Positions 8,599-16,295 of a stretch of DNA of 50,563 nt are shown here, piece by piece. The stretch's first letter is position 1; each line of letters opens with the position of its first letter. The position numbers were made by a program, and so were the translations under genes. The stretch lies in IMG/VR virus record IMGVR_UViG_3300031578_000056. One strand, written 5' to 3'. The notes under the pieces are model-generated. The model saw nothing but the letters and a program-made list of their open reading frames with translations, was not told the origin of the DNA and made no database searches. The DNA comes from a virus.

Positions 8599-9192
8599 TT
8601 AAACGAATTGGAAGTATTGACCGTTAGAATTCAATGCAGTCTTAACAGCAGTAGGAATTGAAGCGGGCAAATTAAGTTCCTGAATTTCTTGAGCACTAAT
8701 TACGGCGCTAACTGTTGCAGTTCCGGAAATCTTAGTGTTGTCAGATAATAGAGCATTGGCTGCGAATAAATAAGCAGCACCGCCTGTACTAACTGCAGCG
8801 GCTTCAAATAAAACAGTTCCAGCTACAAAAGCACCACCATTTGTCAAGTGAGTTAATGCATCGTAATCAGCATTAGTAGTGTCGATTCCTGTAATTGCAA
8901 CCGCATTCCCAGAAAGTACATTAGCTACAATATCACCAACGATAAATAAACTGCCCTTAGCTACCCTCGTAACTGTTGTGGTAGATCCTGCAATCACTAC
9001 AGCAGTCTTTACAATTTCGGCTACTCTGGTTGTATAATTTACAGCCATTGGCAAGCCTTTTAAAATCCAACCACTAGCACTTGAGCTTGGTGTGTCGGCC
9101 GCAAGCGAGAAACCGCCCTGAGCACGTTTCGCATCGTACTCATCCCAAAGAATCTTATTCACGGGATCTTTTGTTCCAATATTTAAATTCAT
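8599..9192 (-). CDS. Capsid accessory/decoration-like protein (putative)
   Basis: 197 aa, Ala/Thr/Gly-rich, between the scaffold and major capsid genes, where lambda gpD sits. Confidence 0.35.
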   Translation of the reverse strand: MNLNIGTKDPVNKILWDEYDAKRAQGGFSLAADTPSSSASGWILKGLPMAVNYTTRVAEIVKTAVVIAGSTTTVTRVAKGSLFIVGDIVANVLSGNAVAITGIDTTNADYDALTHLTNGGAFVAGTVLFEAAAVSTGGAAYLFAANALLSDNTKISGTATVSAVISAQEIQELNLPASIPTAVKTALNSNGQYFQFV

Positions 9193-9809
9193 TATTTTTT
9201 AGTTTTTTTGTGTTTATCCGCCCATGCTTTCGCCGGTCCGGCAATGCTAGAATTACTCTTACCACCTGACCCTGGAGTGCCGAATTCCTTAACGCCAATA
9301 CTTGCCAATTCTTTTTTATAAGCAGTAATTTCAGCTTTAATATCCGCTTCAGTAGCATCAGATTTAAGACCTTTTTTAACTCTATTGATGTGAACATCGC
9401 TTAGAGATTCAGATTTTCCGACCTTAGAAACTAACACGTCAAATGACTCAAGAGCCTTTTGTCCTTTAATTTCAGTCAATTGATCCCTCAATTCTTTCAA
9501 CGCTAATGCAATTGAATCGTCTTGTTTTGGATCGGTTGGTTTTGGATCAGCCTTCTTGGATTGTCTAATTGAATCAATGAAGCCCTGTAAACCCTTAGCG
9601 CCTTTAAATTGCGGGTCTTTTGCTAGTTCCTCAATCTCTTCTTTTGTGTAATCTTGAAGCTTTTTCTCTGGTGCAGGAAGTCCCGATTTGTAAGCGTCAA
9701 CCCAACTGGTTAAATCTTCAGCCGTTTCGAACGATAAACCGTTACCTAATGTTTCACTGATACCCTCTTCTTTGAGTTTATCAATAATAACGTCCTTTTC
9801 AATTGCCAT
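9192..9809 (-). CDS. Scaffolding protein (putative)
   Basis: 205 aa, highly charged Lys/Glu-rich helical sequence upstream of the capsid genes. Confidence 0.55.
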   Translation of the reverse strand: MAIEKDVIIDKLKEEGISETLGNGLSFETAEDLTSWVDAYKSGLPAPEKKLQDYTKEEIEELAKDPQFKGAKGLQGFIDSIRQSKKADPKPTDPKQDDSIALALKELRDQLTEIKGQKALESFDVLVSKVGKSESLSDVHINRVKKGLKSDATEADIKAEITAYKKELASIGVKEFGTPGSGGKSNSSIAGPAKAWADKHKKTKK

Positions 9810-9854
9810 AATAATAAATATTTTTAGTTCAAAACAAAGGTAATGAAAATTTTC

Positions 9855-9868
9855 ATGTTTTAAAACAT
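9855..9868. promoter_or_regulatory. Second copy of the palindrome ATGTTTTAAAACAT (candidate operator)
   Basis: Identical to 4041..4054. In both copies the palindrome starts 61 nt before the conserved leader GAATTAAAAAAT and lies 12-13 nt from a minus-strand TACCTTTG box. Confidence 0.6.
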
Positions 9869-9903
9869 ATTAGGTAATTATTTGTTTTGTTAATAATTTT
9901 GTT

Positions 9904-9911
9904 TATCTTGT
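9904..9911 (+). promoter_or_regulatory. -7-like box TATCTTGT for plus-strand island B
   Basis: Same offset (49 nt) from the palindrome start as the box at 4090. One mismatch to TAnnTTTG. Confidence 0.4.
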
Positions 9912-9935
9912 GAGGGAATTAAAAAATTAGAAAGT

Positions 9936-10292
9936 ATGAATGAAAAAATTAAATGGTTCGGAAGATATATGAATAGTAAAATGACATATAAAGCTGTCAT
10001 GAATAGAAGTGTATATATTGTAGATGTTGGTAGTATTTTTCTATCTCAAATATTAACTGATAAATACGAGTGTAAACTAATCCTAAAAGAGCTTAAGTAT
10101 ATTACAGAAGAGGATTTGTGTGCAGTTAATAAAATAATATCTGAATACTCTGAGCATCTTGAATTGCATGATGAATATACGCTAACTAGATCGATTGAAT
10201 TTCTTCCTGACGAGATAGATTTTCTTCGCTCAAAAGGTTACGCAATTGGAATACCAAAAGAATATTATATAACTAAGGAGGATTTGAAATGA
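9936..10292 (+). CDS. Hypothetical protein (island B)
   Basis: 118-aa ORF with an ATGA stop/start overlap to the next small ORF. Confidence 0.6.
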   Translation: MNEKIKWFGRYMNSKMTYKAVMNRSVYIVDVGSIFLSQILTDKYECKLILKELKYITEEDLCAVNKIISEYSEHLELHDEYTLTRSIEFLPDEIDFLRSKGYAIGIPKEYYITKEDLK

Positions 10293-10378
10293 ACCCAAAC
10301 CTAATCCTATGCTCCCTAATGATAGGAGCGTTTATTTTAATGAGTATTGGAAAAATAATTAAGATTAAAAAGAGATGA
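10289..10378 (+). CDS. Tiny hydrophobic peptide (29 aa, one TM segment)
   Basis: MNPNLILCSLMIGAFILMSIGKIIKIKKR, translationally coupled (ATGA) at both ends. Confidence 0.4.
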   Translation: MNPNLILCSLMIGAFILMSIGKIIKIKKR

Positions 10379-10548
10379 AAGAAATAATAATGGTGCATGT
10401 TATATGTTGGGATGGCGTTGAATACAATAGAGAATCTTCAAAGCACGAAATTGACAAGCTAAGGAAAGGTGGATATGTAAAAGAAAAAGGTTATCATGGA
10501 ATAACTTTCGACTTCTACAATAATCAGAAAAATAGATACGAAATATAA
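10375..10548 (+). CDS. Hypothetical protein (57 aa, island B)
   Basis: My translation is MKEIIMVHVICWDGVEYNRESSKHEIDKLRKGGYVKEKGYHGITFDFYNNQKNRYEI. Coupled to the previous ORF. Confidence 0.45.
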   Translation: MKEIIMVHVICWDGVEYNRESSKHEIDKLRKGGYVKEKGYHGITFDFYNNQKNRYEI

Positions 10549-10566
10549 ACTTAAAAATTTACGAGC

Positions 10567-10782
10567 GTGGGATTACTTGAAAAATACAAAGAAAGACTAG
10601 AAACCATTGAATTAATAATGGAAACTAAAAGCGAAGCAGCAGACCCAATAGGATGGGCGCAATATGTAACGATGAAACAACAAACAGAGCTATTTATAAG
10701 TGACCTTAAAGTGCAAACAGAATTATTTTGCGAGTGCAAAGAGCTTAATGCTATTAATAGGGTATGTAAAAAATGTAAATAA
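10567..10782 (+). CDS. Hypothetical protein with C-terminal CxC...CxxC
   Basis: ORF track. GTG start is uncertain, with an alternative ATG at 10618. Ends ...FCECKELNAINRVCKKCK. Confidence 0.45.
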   Translation: MGLLEKYKERLETIELIMETKSEAADPIGWAQYVTMKQQTELFISDLKVQTELFCECKELNAINRVCKKCK

Positions 10783-10793
10783 AAACAAATCAA

Positions 10794-11009
10794 ATGACAA
10801 TAGAATCCAAATTAAAAAAAGTATTCGAATCAATACCCTATGAAGTATTAACAGTTGATCGATGGGGTTCAGATTTTAGAGTGATACTACTTACTAATAA
10901 ATACACGATGTTATCAGGCGTTGAAGTACTGAGTGTTTATGAAAGGAATATTCAACTTATAATAAGGCACGGAAATGTTGCTGCGTTTTTAGAGAGGTAT
11001 GGGGATTAA
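10794..11009 (+). CDS. Hypothetical protein (island B)
   Basis: 71-aa ORF, same strand and tight spacing within the island. Confidence 0.5.
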   Translation: MTIESKLKKVFESIPYEVLTVDRWGSDFRVILLTNKYTMLSGVEVLSVYERNIQLIIRHGNVAAFLERYGD

Positions 11010-11028
11010 TAAATAAAAAGATTGATAG

Positions 11029-11178
11029 ATGAAAAAGATATTAAGAAAGATATTAATAATTATATGTCTATGGGTTGCGATAACTTCAATAATTCAAGCA
11101 TTTATTAAACCAAGCATGACAGAAATGGAAAGATTTTTAAGTATTCCAAATTCATTTATATTAAAATTTGCACATTAA
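11029..11178 (+). CDS. Small membrane/secreted peptide (49 aa)
   Basis: MKKILRKILIIICLWVAITSIIQAF... has an N-terminal hydrophobic segment. Confidence 0.4.
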   Translation: MKKILRKILIIICLWVAITSIIQAFIKPSMTEMERFLSIPNSFILKFAH

Positions 11179-11280
11179 TCAAATTGTTTGTATATTGCAA
11201 ACTCTAAGAAGTACTGAACTTTACCAAACTAATTCAAAAGCCTATGCAAATCTGATCGTTTTTTATATTTATTAGTTTAG

Positions 11281-11308
11281 AAAGCCACCAATTAAGGTGG
11301 CTTTTTTT
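11281..11308. terminator. Bidirectional hairpin terminator
   Basis: aaagccacc(11281-11289)/ggtggcttt(11296-11304) stem then a T-run. Sits between island B and the convergent MuF-like gene (stop at 11313). Confidence 0.75.
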
Positions 11309-11312
11309 ATCT

Positions 11313-12425
11313 TCATACCTTAGCCGCACTCTTCAATATCTTCTTTTGAGGGGAGTAGTCTTTTGAATCAGTTGAAATTTTATAGGGTTCAATTCCTTTA
11401 GATGGACCCCCCAATCTTGCATAAGGTTCATTCTTAGAGTTGAAGTTTTCCTTCTGCCAATCCCAATAATTATTCTTTTTTACTGTTTTCTGATACCTCT
11501 GTGCTGATTTTGGGATCTGCTTAACTTGTCTAGTGCTTGGAATGCCCTTTACGAACTCATCTCTTTTGGCTAATATGCTCGTCACGTAACACATGCATGC
11601 GCTATGGAATCCACTGAAAATGAACTCTTTAGGATAATCTCCTACAAGAAAATCGCACATATCTGTTAATGTTCCATGCGCTCCCGACAAATGGATACGT
11701 TTCCCTACCACGAAATCGAGCTGCTGCATCCTCTCATGATCCGACAACCGATAAGCAGCATTCGTCTCCGTCCGAGTAACCCTAAACAAATTCTTCAAAG
11801 GACTTCTATAAATCCCCCTACCCGCCGCATTAGGTTGTAAAATCGAACTAATCTTACTTAATTTAGTTGGATTCCCTATAGCATCAAACACAGTTACATT
11901 CTTAGGATCTAAATTAATTGCATTTAATCCCCTGGCAATACTATCAGCAGATTTACCTTGTGTTATTCCACTACCGATATAATCCTGATATAATTGTTTA
12001 TTGGTAGATGTAAGGTTATGTATTCGATCCGATAAATTAAGGCCGTTAATGTTTCTTTTCTGAAATGCTTCGAGAGCGTCTAAATTAAGTTTTGCAAATT
12101 GTACCGGAACGCTCCCTAAAAACTTTTCAGTAAGTAGTGTATTTTTAGCATTGGCAAGGGACCATTGGCTTGAGGTTTGGCTGTTTAGCTCGCTGAATAA
12201 ATCCTTTTCTAATAGATCAAAATTCTTATTAATTATTGCTAATAATGCTTTATTCCGCTTTAATTGTGCCCCGTACTTTTTCGGCTCCAACAATCGCTTT
12301 GTTTGAAGTCTGTGTATTTCTTTTCCTAAAAAATCGGCGTTAACTTTCAGCATCCTAGCTAATTTATTGTAGCCGGATTGCATGTTAAGTATGTGTTTTG
12401 CTTCGTATTCTCGTTCTAATGCCAT
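11313..12425 (-). CDS. Minor head protein, Mu F / SPP1 gp7-like
   Basis: RVTRTETNAAYRLSDHERMQQLDFVVGKRIHLS...DMCDFLVGDYP resembles the Mu F/gp7 head morphogenesis motif. Follows the portal region. Confidence 0.7.
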   Translation of the reverse strand: MALEREYEAKHILNMQSGYNKLARMLKVNADFLGKEIHRLQTKRLLEPKKYGAQLKRNKALLAIINKNFDLLEKDLFSELNSQTSSQWSLANAKNTLLTEKFLGSVPVQFAKLNLDALEAFQKRNINGLNLSDRIHNLTSTNKQLYQDYIGSGITQGKSADSIARGLNAINLDPKNVTVFDAIGNPTKLSKISSILQPNAAGRGIYRSPLKNLFRVTRTETNAAYRLSDHERMQQLDFVVGKRIHLSGAHGTLTDMCDFLVGDYPKEFIFSGFHSACMCYVTSILAKRDEFVKGIPSTRQVKQIPKSAQRYQKTVKKNNYWDWQKENFNSKNEPYARLGGPSKGIEPYKISTDSKDYSPQKKILKSAAKV

Positions 12426-12475
12426 AAGACAAAGATAATAAATATAAATTAGTTGTTTATTAATTAAATTGTTTG

Positions 12476-12483
12476 TAAGTTTG
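12476..12483 (+). promoter_or_regulatory. Bacteroidota-type promoter -7 box TAAGTTTG (island C)
   Basis: TTG (12453-12455) then N20 then TAAGTTTG. The ATG at 12495 is only 11 nt downstream (near-leaderless). Confidence 0.5.
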
Positions 12484-12494
12484 AATTTATAAAT

Positions 12495-12641
12495 ATGGTG
12501 GTGGTAGGAAAAAAGGTTTGTAGTACTGAATGGAAATCTGAAACCTTGAAATACCCATTAAGATCGACAGTAGCCATTCATTGCCGCCACCTTATTTATA
12601 ACGTGTTGGGTATAGCATTCAATAAATGCCAAAATATTTAA
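12495..12641 (+). CDS. Small ORF (48 aa), first gene of island C
   Basis: MVVVGKKVCSTEWKSETLKYPLRSTVAIHCRHLIYNVLGIAFNKCQNI, directly behind a promoter-like box. The same region also folds into nested stems. Confidence 0.35.
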   Translation: MVVVGKKVCSTEWKSETLKYPLRSTVAIHCRHLIYNVLGIAFNKCQNI

Positions 12642-12662
12642 TTACTGGTAAATTTTTGAATT

Positions 12663-13058
12663 ATGAATAATATGGATTTAATAAACTATAAAGATATGAA
12701 AAATAAAGAGATTAAACAACCGCAACCCACCGAGGCAAGCAATGATTTTTATACGTTGTTATGCCCCGTTGATTTATTCCGTTTCTTTCTTCGCAAAAAC
12801 TACGAAGATATAGAAATAAGTAATGACGAGTGCGATGAGCTTGGAGAAGAATTTTATAAATACTTGCAAGACTTAAACCTAACCGAAAAGCAAAAGAAAA
12901 ATATATTGCCTAAAAATACATTTGATGTAATGTTGAACGCAAACCACCCATTAAGAATAAATGGATTCCCATCCGCTTATGTTTTGCACTTTACGCAATT
13001 TATAGAACAACAACAAGAAAAAGCGTTGGCAGAAGGTTACGACCCCAATGGGGCATAA
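12663..13058 (+). CDS. Hypothetical protein (island C)
   Basis: 131-aa ORF with no recognisable motif. Confidence 0.6.
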   Translation: MNNMDLINYKDMKNKEIKQPQPTEASNDFYTLLCPVDLFRFFLRKNYEDIEISNDECDELGEEFYKYLQDLNLTEKQKKNILPKNTFDVMLNANHPLRINGFPSAYVLHFTQFIEQQQEKALAEGYDPNGA

Positions 13059-13163
13059 CGGTCGAGGCTACGAACTGAAAGCCGACACCACAAAAATAAA
13101 TAATAGTAATAACCTTAACATCTGCTTTTTGTTTATAGCCTTTGTTAGCAAATCGTAAAAATT

Positions 13164-13337
13164 ATGGCAAAGAGAACGTTTGAATTTTGGGCTATTGATA
13201 AAAATGGCGATAAATGGAACGAGTATGTAACAACTAAAAGTAGTAGAAAAACAAAAGTAAAGGCTTTAATAGCCCAAAAATACAAGATAGATATAGAGCA
13301 ATGTAAAGATTTTGGAATACGAGAAGTAACCGAATAA
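13164..13337 (+). CDS. Hypothetical protein (57 aa)
   Basis: MAKRTFEFWAIDKNGDKWNEYVTTKSSRKTKVKALIAQKYKIDIEQCKDFGIREVTE (my translation). Confidence 0.4.
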   Translation: MAKRTFEFWAIDKNGDKWNEYVTTKSSRKTKVKALIAQKYKIDIEQCKDFGIREVTE

Positions 13338-13475
13338 TTTTTATGTTTGCTAACGTTTGGCTAAATACACTTTTAATAATAATTCAACCTATGGAAACTT
13401 ATATAATAGCAGATGATTTTACAGAAGAGCAGATTATTTTATTTGCTTTCGAGTTTGGAATTTTGATTGATGAGA

Positions 13476-13586
13476 TATGTATAATTTAGTAGAAGTAATT
13501 GTAATTTACGCTCTATTTTTTGGGGTGGTATTGTTAATTGGAATAATTAAAGATAAATATAAATGGAGAAATTAACCAAATATTAG
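13476..13586 (+). CDS. Small membrane peptide (36 aa)
   Basis: MYNLVEVIVIYALFFGVVLLIGIIKDKYKMEKLTKY, with one TM segment. Confidence 0.3.
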
Positions 13587-13590
13587 TGAG

Positions 13591-13722
13591 ATGAGTGAAA
13601 TATATACATGCCTTGATTGCGGATGGGAAGGATTAGAATCAGAGTTAATTACAAATGGCGATCCTTCTGTTATGCCTATAAATACTAACTGCCCTGTATG
13701 TTGTGGTGAAAATGTAGATTAA
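13591..13722 (+). CDS. Zinc-ribbon mini-protein (43 aa)
   Basis: MSEIYTCLDCGWEG...NCPVCCGENVD has a CxxC...CxxC arrangement. Confidence 0.45.
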   Translation: MSEIYTCLDCGWEGLESELITNGDPSVMPINTNCPVCCGENVD

Positions 13723-13810
13723 TTTTAAAACAAATAAAATATGAAAGATTATTTCGATGATTGGCCATTTGCAGAGTCCACTCACTTTATGCTAGTCGAG
13801 TTATAAAACA

Positions 13811-13848
13811 AACCCCAATAAGATTCAATTCTTATTGGGGTTCTTTAT
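13811..13848. terminator. Bidirectional terminator (12-bp stem)
   Basis: aaccccaataag(13811-13822)/cttattggggtt(13831-13842), between island C and the convergent portal gene (stop at 13851). Confidence 0.8.
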
Positions 13849-13850
13849 TC

Positions 13851-15242
13851 CTATGCTATCCCTCCAATCTCTCTGCCTTCTTCCTCTAAAATCTCTTTAG
13901 TAATATTAGGATTGCCATCATTAAAATTAAGCATTCCAATAGCCTGTGATTTAGAAGTTATTCCTGCACCAACTGCCACAGATAAGTAATCAGTTATCTC
14001 AGTAGTGTTTTCAGGAAGGATTGAATTGAATGTTACAGATATATTTAATTCATCAAATACAGAACCTTGAGCAACTGCCAACATCCTTTTAAGAATCGAT
14101 ACCCTACGACTAAAATCTTCGAATATAGCTTTCTTCAATCCGATTTTCACAAACGAATCTGTAAACATCAGCTTAATTGCAACTCCTGATAATGAACCGG
14201 TTTTAATCGACTCGCGTAAGAAAGATAAATCTGGCCATGTCAATTTATACATATCTTGCTTATAATCATCCAATTCCATTTTAATTGCCTCGGGAGCACT
14301 AGCAGACTGCAAATAACTAACAGATGATTTAATTGGTTTCCCTTCAATATCTTGCCCATTCTTAAGCGTCCAAACCTTAACATCTTGTCCGACTTCTGGC
14401 GGCCCTACTAATTCACCATCAACAACAACACTAGGACTACCAACACGTTTATTTACATCAGAATTTTGACTTCTAACATACTCCTGTTTAGAAATTAAAT
14501 CGGTAACTAAATGAAACTCCGGCTTTTTCTGATCGTAATAAACAATTTGTAATTTTTCGTATGGGTTGGCTGTTTGCTCCCATGCTCCGTCACCTTGTTT
14601 TTCCCACCTTGATTCAGCTGTCCAAATCTGAGTTACTTCTACATCTTCAGGCTTAGATCCGACTATCATTCTTTTTGTGTAAACTCTCGTTAGCGCATCC
14701 ATTTTCTTATCATCATCAAAATGCGCCCAAATATCATCGCCATTATCCTTAGATAGTAGCATCACTTTAATATCTCCTTCAGTATCGCCTCCATCGTGAA
14801 AATACAGCTCGGCACATTTACTTTCAACAAATAAAGCCTTTGCCATTTTTACCGAGAAGGTATCTAATCGTGTTTTGTTTCGCCACTGATCAACAAAGAT
14901 TTCAAAAGCATCCTTGTGGCCTGTCTCGTCGCCTGAATTTAGAGTTAATGTAACTGGTGCACCAACACACATGCCGACAGCAGTTTCAACGATTTGTTGC
15001 TGATAATTTATAACAAGCTTGGTTCGTTTTACTTGTTCAGAACCAGATATCTTCTTTTCGCCTGTAAGTGGATCCTCTTCGAATTTATCGATAGAATAAT
15101 CGGCACGTGACGGATCTGTAAGTATTGGATGCTTCCCGTCGAAATAATCAATATTCGATTGAATATTCCTGGTTACTGGATCAACTTGTAATTCTGTTAA
15201 CCACTGATCTTCTGAAAGTGAAAGTATTTCTTGTATGTTCAT
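13851..15242 (-). CDS. Portal protein (SPP1 gp6-like)
   Basis: 463 aa. N-terminal ...IDYFDGKHPIL...VKRTKLVINYQQQIVETAVGMCVGAPV resembles the SPP1-type portal pattern. Upstream of the MuF-like gene. Confidence 0.75.
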   Translation of the reverse strand: MNIQEILSLSEDQWLTELQVDPVTRNIQSNIDYFDGKHPILTDPSRADYSIDKFEEDPLTGEKKISGSEQVKRTKLVINYQQQIVETAVGMCVGAPVTLTLNSGDETGHKDAFEIFVDQWRNKTRLDTFSVKMAKALFVESKCAELYFHDGGDTEGDIKVMLLSKDNGDDIWAHFDDDKKMDALTRVYTKRMIVGSKPEDVEVTQIWTAESRWEKQGDGAWEQTANPYEKLQIVYYDQKKPEFHLVTDLISKQEYVRSQNSDVNKRVGSPSVVVDGELVGPPEVGQDVKVWTLKNGQDIEGKPIKSSVSYLQSASAPEAIKMELDDYKQDMYKLTWPDLSFLRESIKTGSLSGVAIKLMFTDSFVKIGLKKAIFEDFSRRVSILKRMLAVAQGSVFDELNISVTFNSILPENTTEITDYLSVAVGAGITSKSQAIGMLNFNDGNPNITKEILEEEGREIGGIA

Positions 15243-15261
15243 ATTGTAATTAATTTATATT

Positions 15262-16275
15262 TTATAATTCCCAAATATTATTATCAAATATCAAAGCTTG
15301 AAATCCACCAGATACACCCAAAGTAGCACTAACGGTCTCACATGTAAATACCACATCTGACTTCTCTTTTAGTATGGTAGGAATGGAATATACAGCCCTC
15401 CATGATGATCCTTGTGAATTGATTGATATTCTACGTCTAACCCTGAATACCTTACCAAATTCTCTTGTCTTAAAGAGCATGTCAGCACTCGCAGCCACAC
15501 CACCACCTTTCGATACAGATACAAATCCTTCTAAATAAACCGCAGTTTTTCCAGCAGGAACAGTATAAATCATCATCTCTGTTTGATTGGATGCAGCTTT
15601 TATCATCGCTCTAATCTTAGACGTATCTGTTGGAATTCCCCCACTTATGGCCGTATCCTCATAAATATAAACATCTCCAATTAAATCAGTGACATTGGCG
15701 TTAAATGCCCTATACACCCTAATTAAAGGCGTGGATAATAGTATTTTATTCTGGCCTATTAACTGTACATCTTGAATCACTCTATTCCAGTTCGCATCCA
15801 ACCCCTCTACAGTAATCAGTACGGCATCTAAAGCACTTGAGCTTGAAACTACATCTATAGCGGCCGAGGTGCTGAAATTATAAATACCACCGAAATCCCA
15901 AACATCTTCAGGGTCACTACTGGTTGTAATTTCAGAATTTTCACCAAATTTATTCACCGCATAAACTCCTGGAATTTTCCCCAATGCGACTTGAGTGGTG
16001 AAGGTTGGATTTTTCAGCATCTCTAATATTCCAGAATTAAACAATGATGATAGGTAAGTGATAGCATCAACTAATGAAGTTGGCACTGTATCATCTTTTT
16101 TAACTATGTCTGTGTAATTCCCGAATACAGTAGTCTCCTTACTTATTAGCTCTGTAAATCCCAATTGGTCGCCACTCACCCACAAGTCTGTTGCCTGTGG
16201 TGTGAATGCTTTAGTGTCTTTCCCTGCTTCTATAGCTAAGATTACACCGCCTGAATTATATATTTTTATACTCAT
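15262..16275 (-). CDS. Structural protein sharing its ~80-aa N-terminal module with the 986-aa protein
   Basis: MSIKIYNSGGVILAIEAGKDTKAFTPQATDLWVSGDQLGF...SLVDAITYLSSLF aligns with MSVKVYKSGNLILVEESGKDTVPLNPQATDLYCAGDTLGF...SLQDAIDYLALFF. Confidence 0.5.
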   Translation of the reverse strand: MSIKIYNSGGVILAIEAGKDTKAFTPQATDLWVSGDQLGFTELISKETTVFGNYTDIVKKDDTVPTSLVDAITYLSSLFNSGILEMLKNPTFTTQVALGKIPGVYAVNKFGENSEITTSSDPEDVWDFGGIYNFSTSAAIDVVSSSSALDAVLITVEGLDANWNRVIQDVQLIGQNKILLSTPLIRVYRAFNANVTDLIGDVYIYEDTAISGGIPTDTSKIRAMIKAASNQTEMMIYTVPAGKTAVYLEGFVSVSKGGGVAASADMLFKTREFGKVFRVRRRISINSQGSSWRAVYSIPTILKEKSDVVFTCETVSATLGVSGGFQALIFDNNIWEL

Positions 16276-16295
16276 ATTTTTTATTTATTTCTTAA

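Noticed and set aside
12494-12592. Nested and pseudoknot-like pairings (GGUGGUGG/CCGCCACC, AAGGUUU/AAACCUU, GAAUGG/CCAUUC) suggesting a riboswitch-like leader for island C
   Set aside because: The same segment is an uninterrupted 48-codon ORF immediately behind a promoter-like box. I cannot match the fold to any known riboswitch class. Kept only as a low-confidence CDS, though it is worth an Rfam scan.
13141-13360. 9-bp inverted repeat GTTAGCAAA / TTTGCTAAC flanking ORF 13164..13337, considered as a mini mobile element
   Set aside because: The arms are too short, there are no target-site duplications or transposase, and a chance match is plausible in AT-rich DNA.
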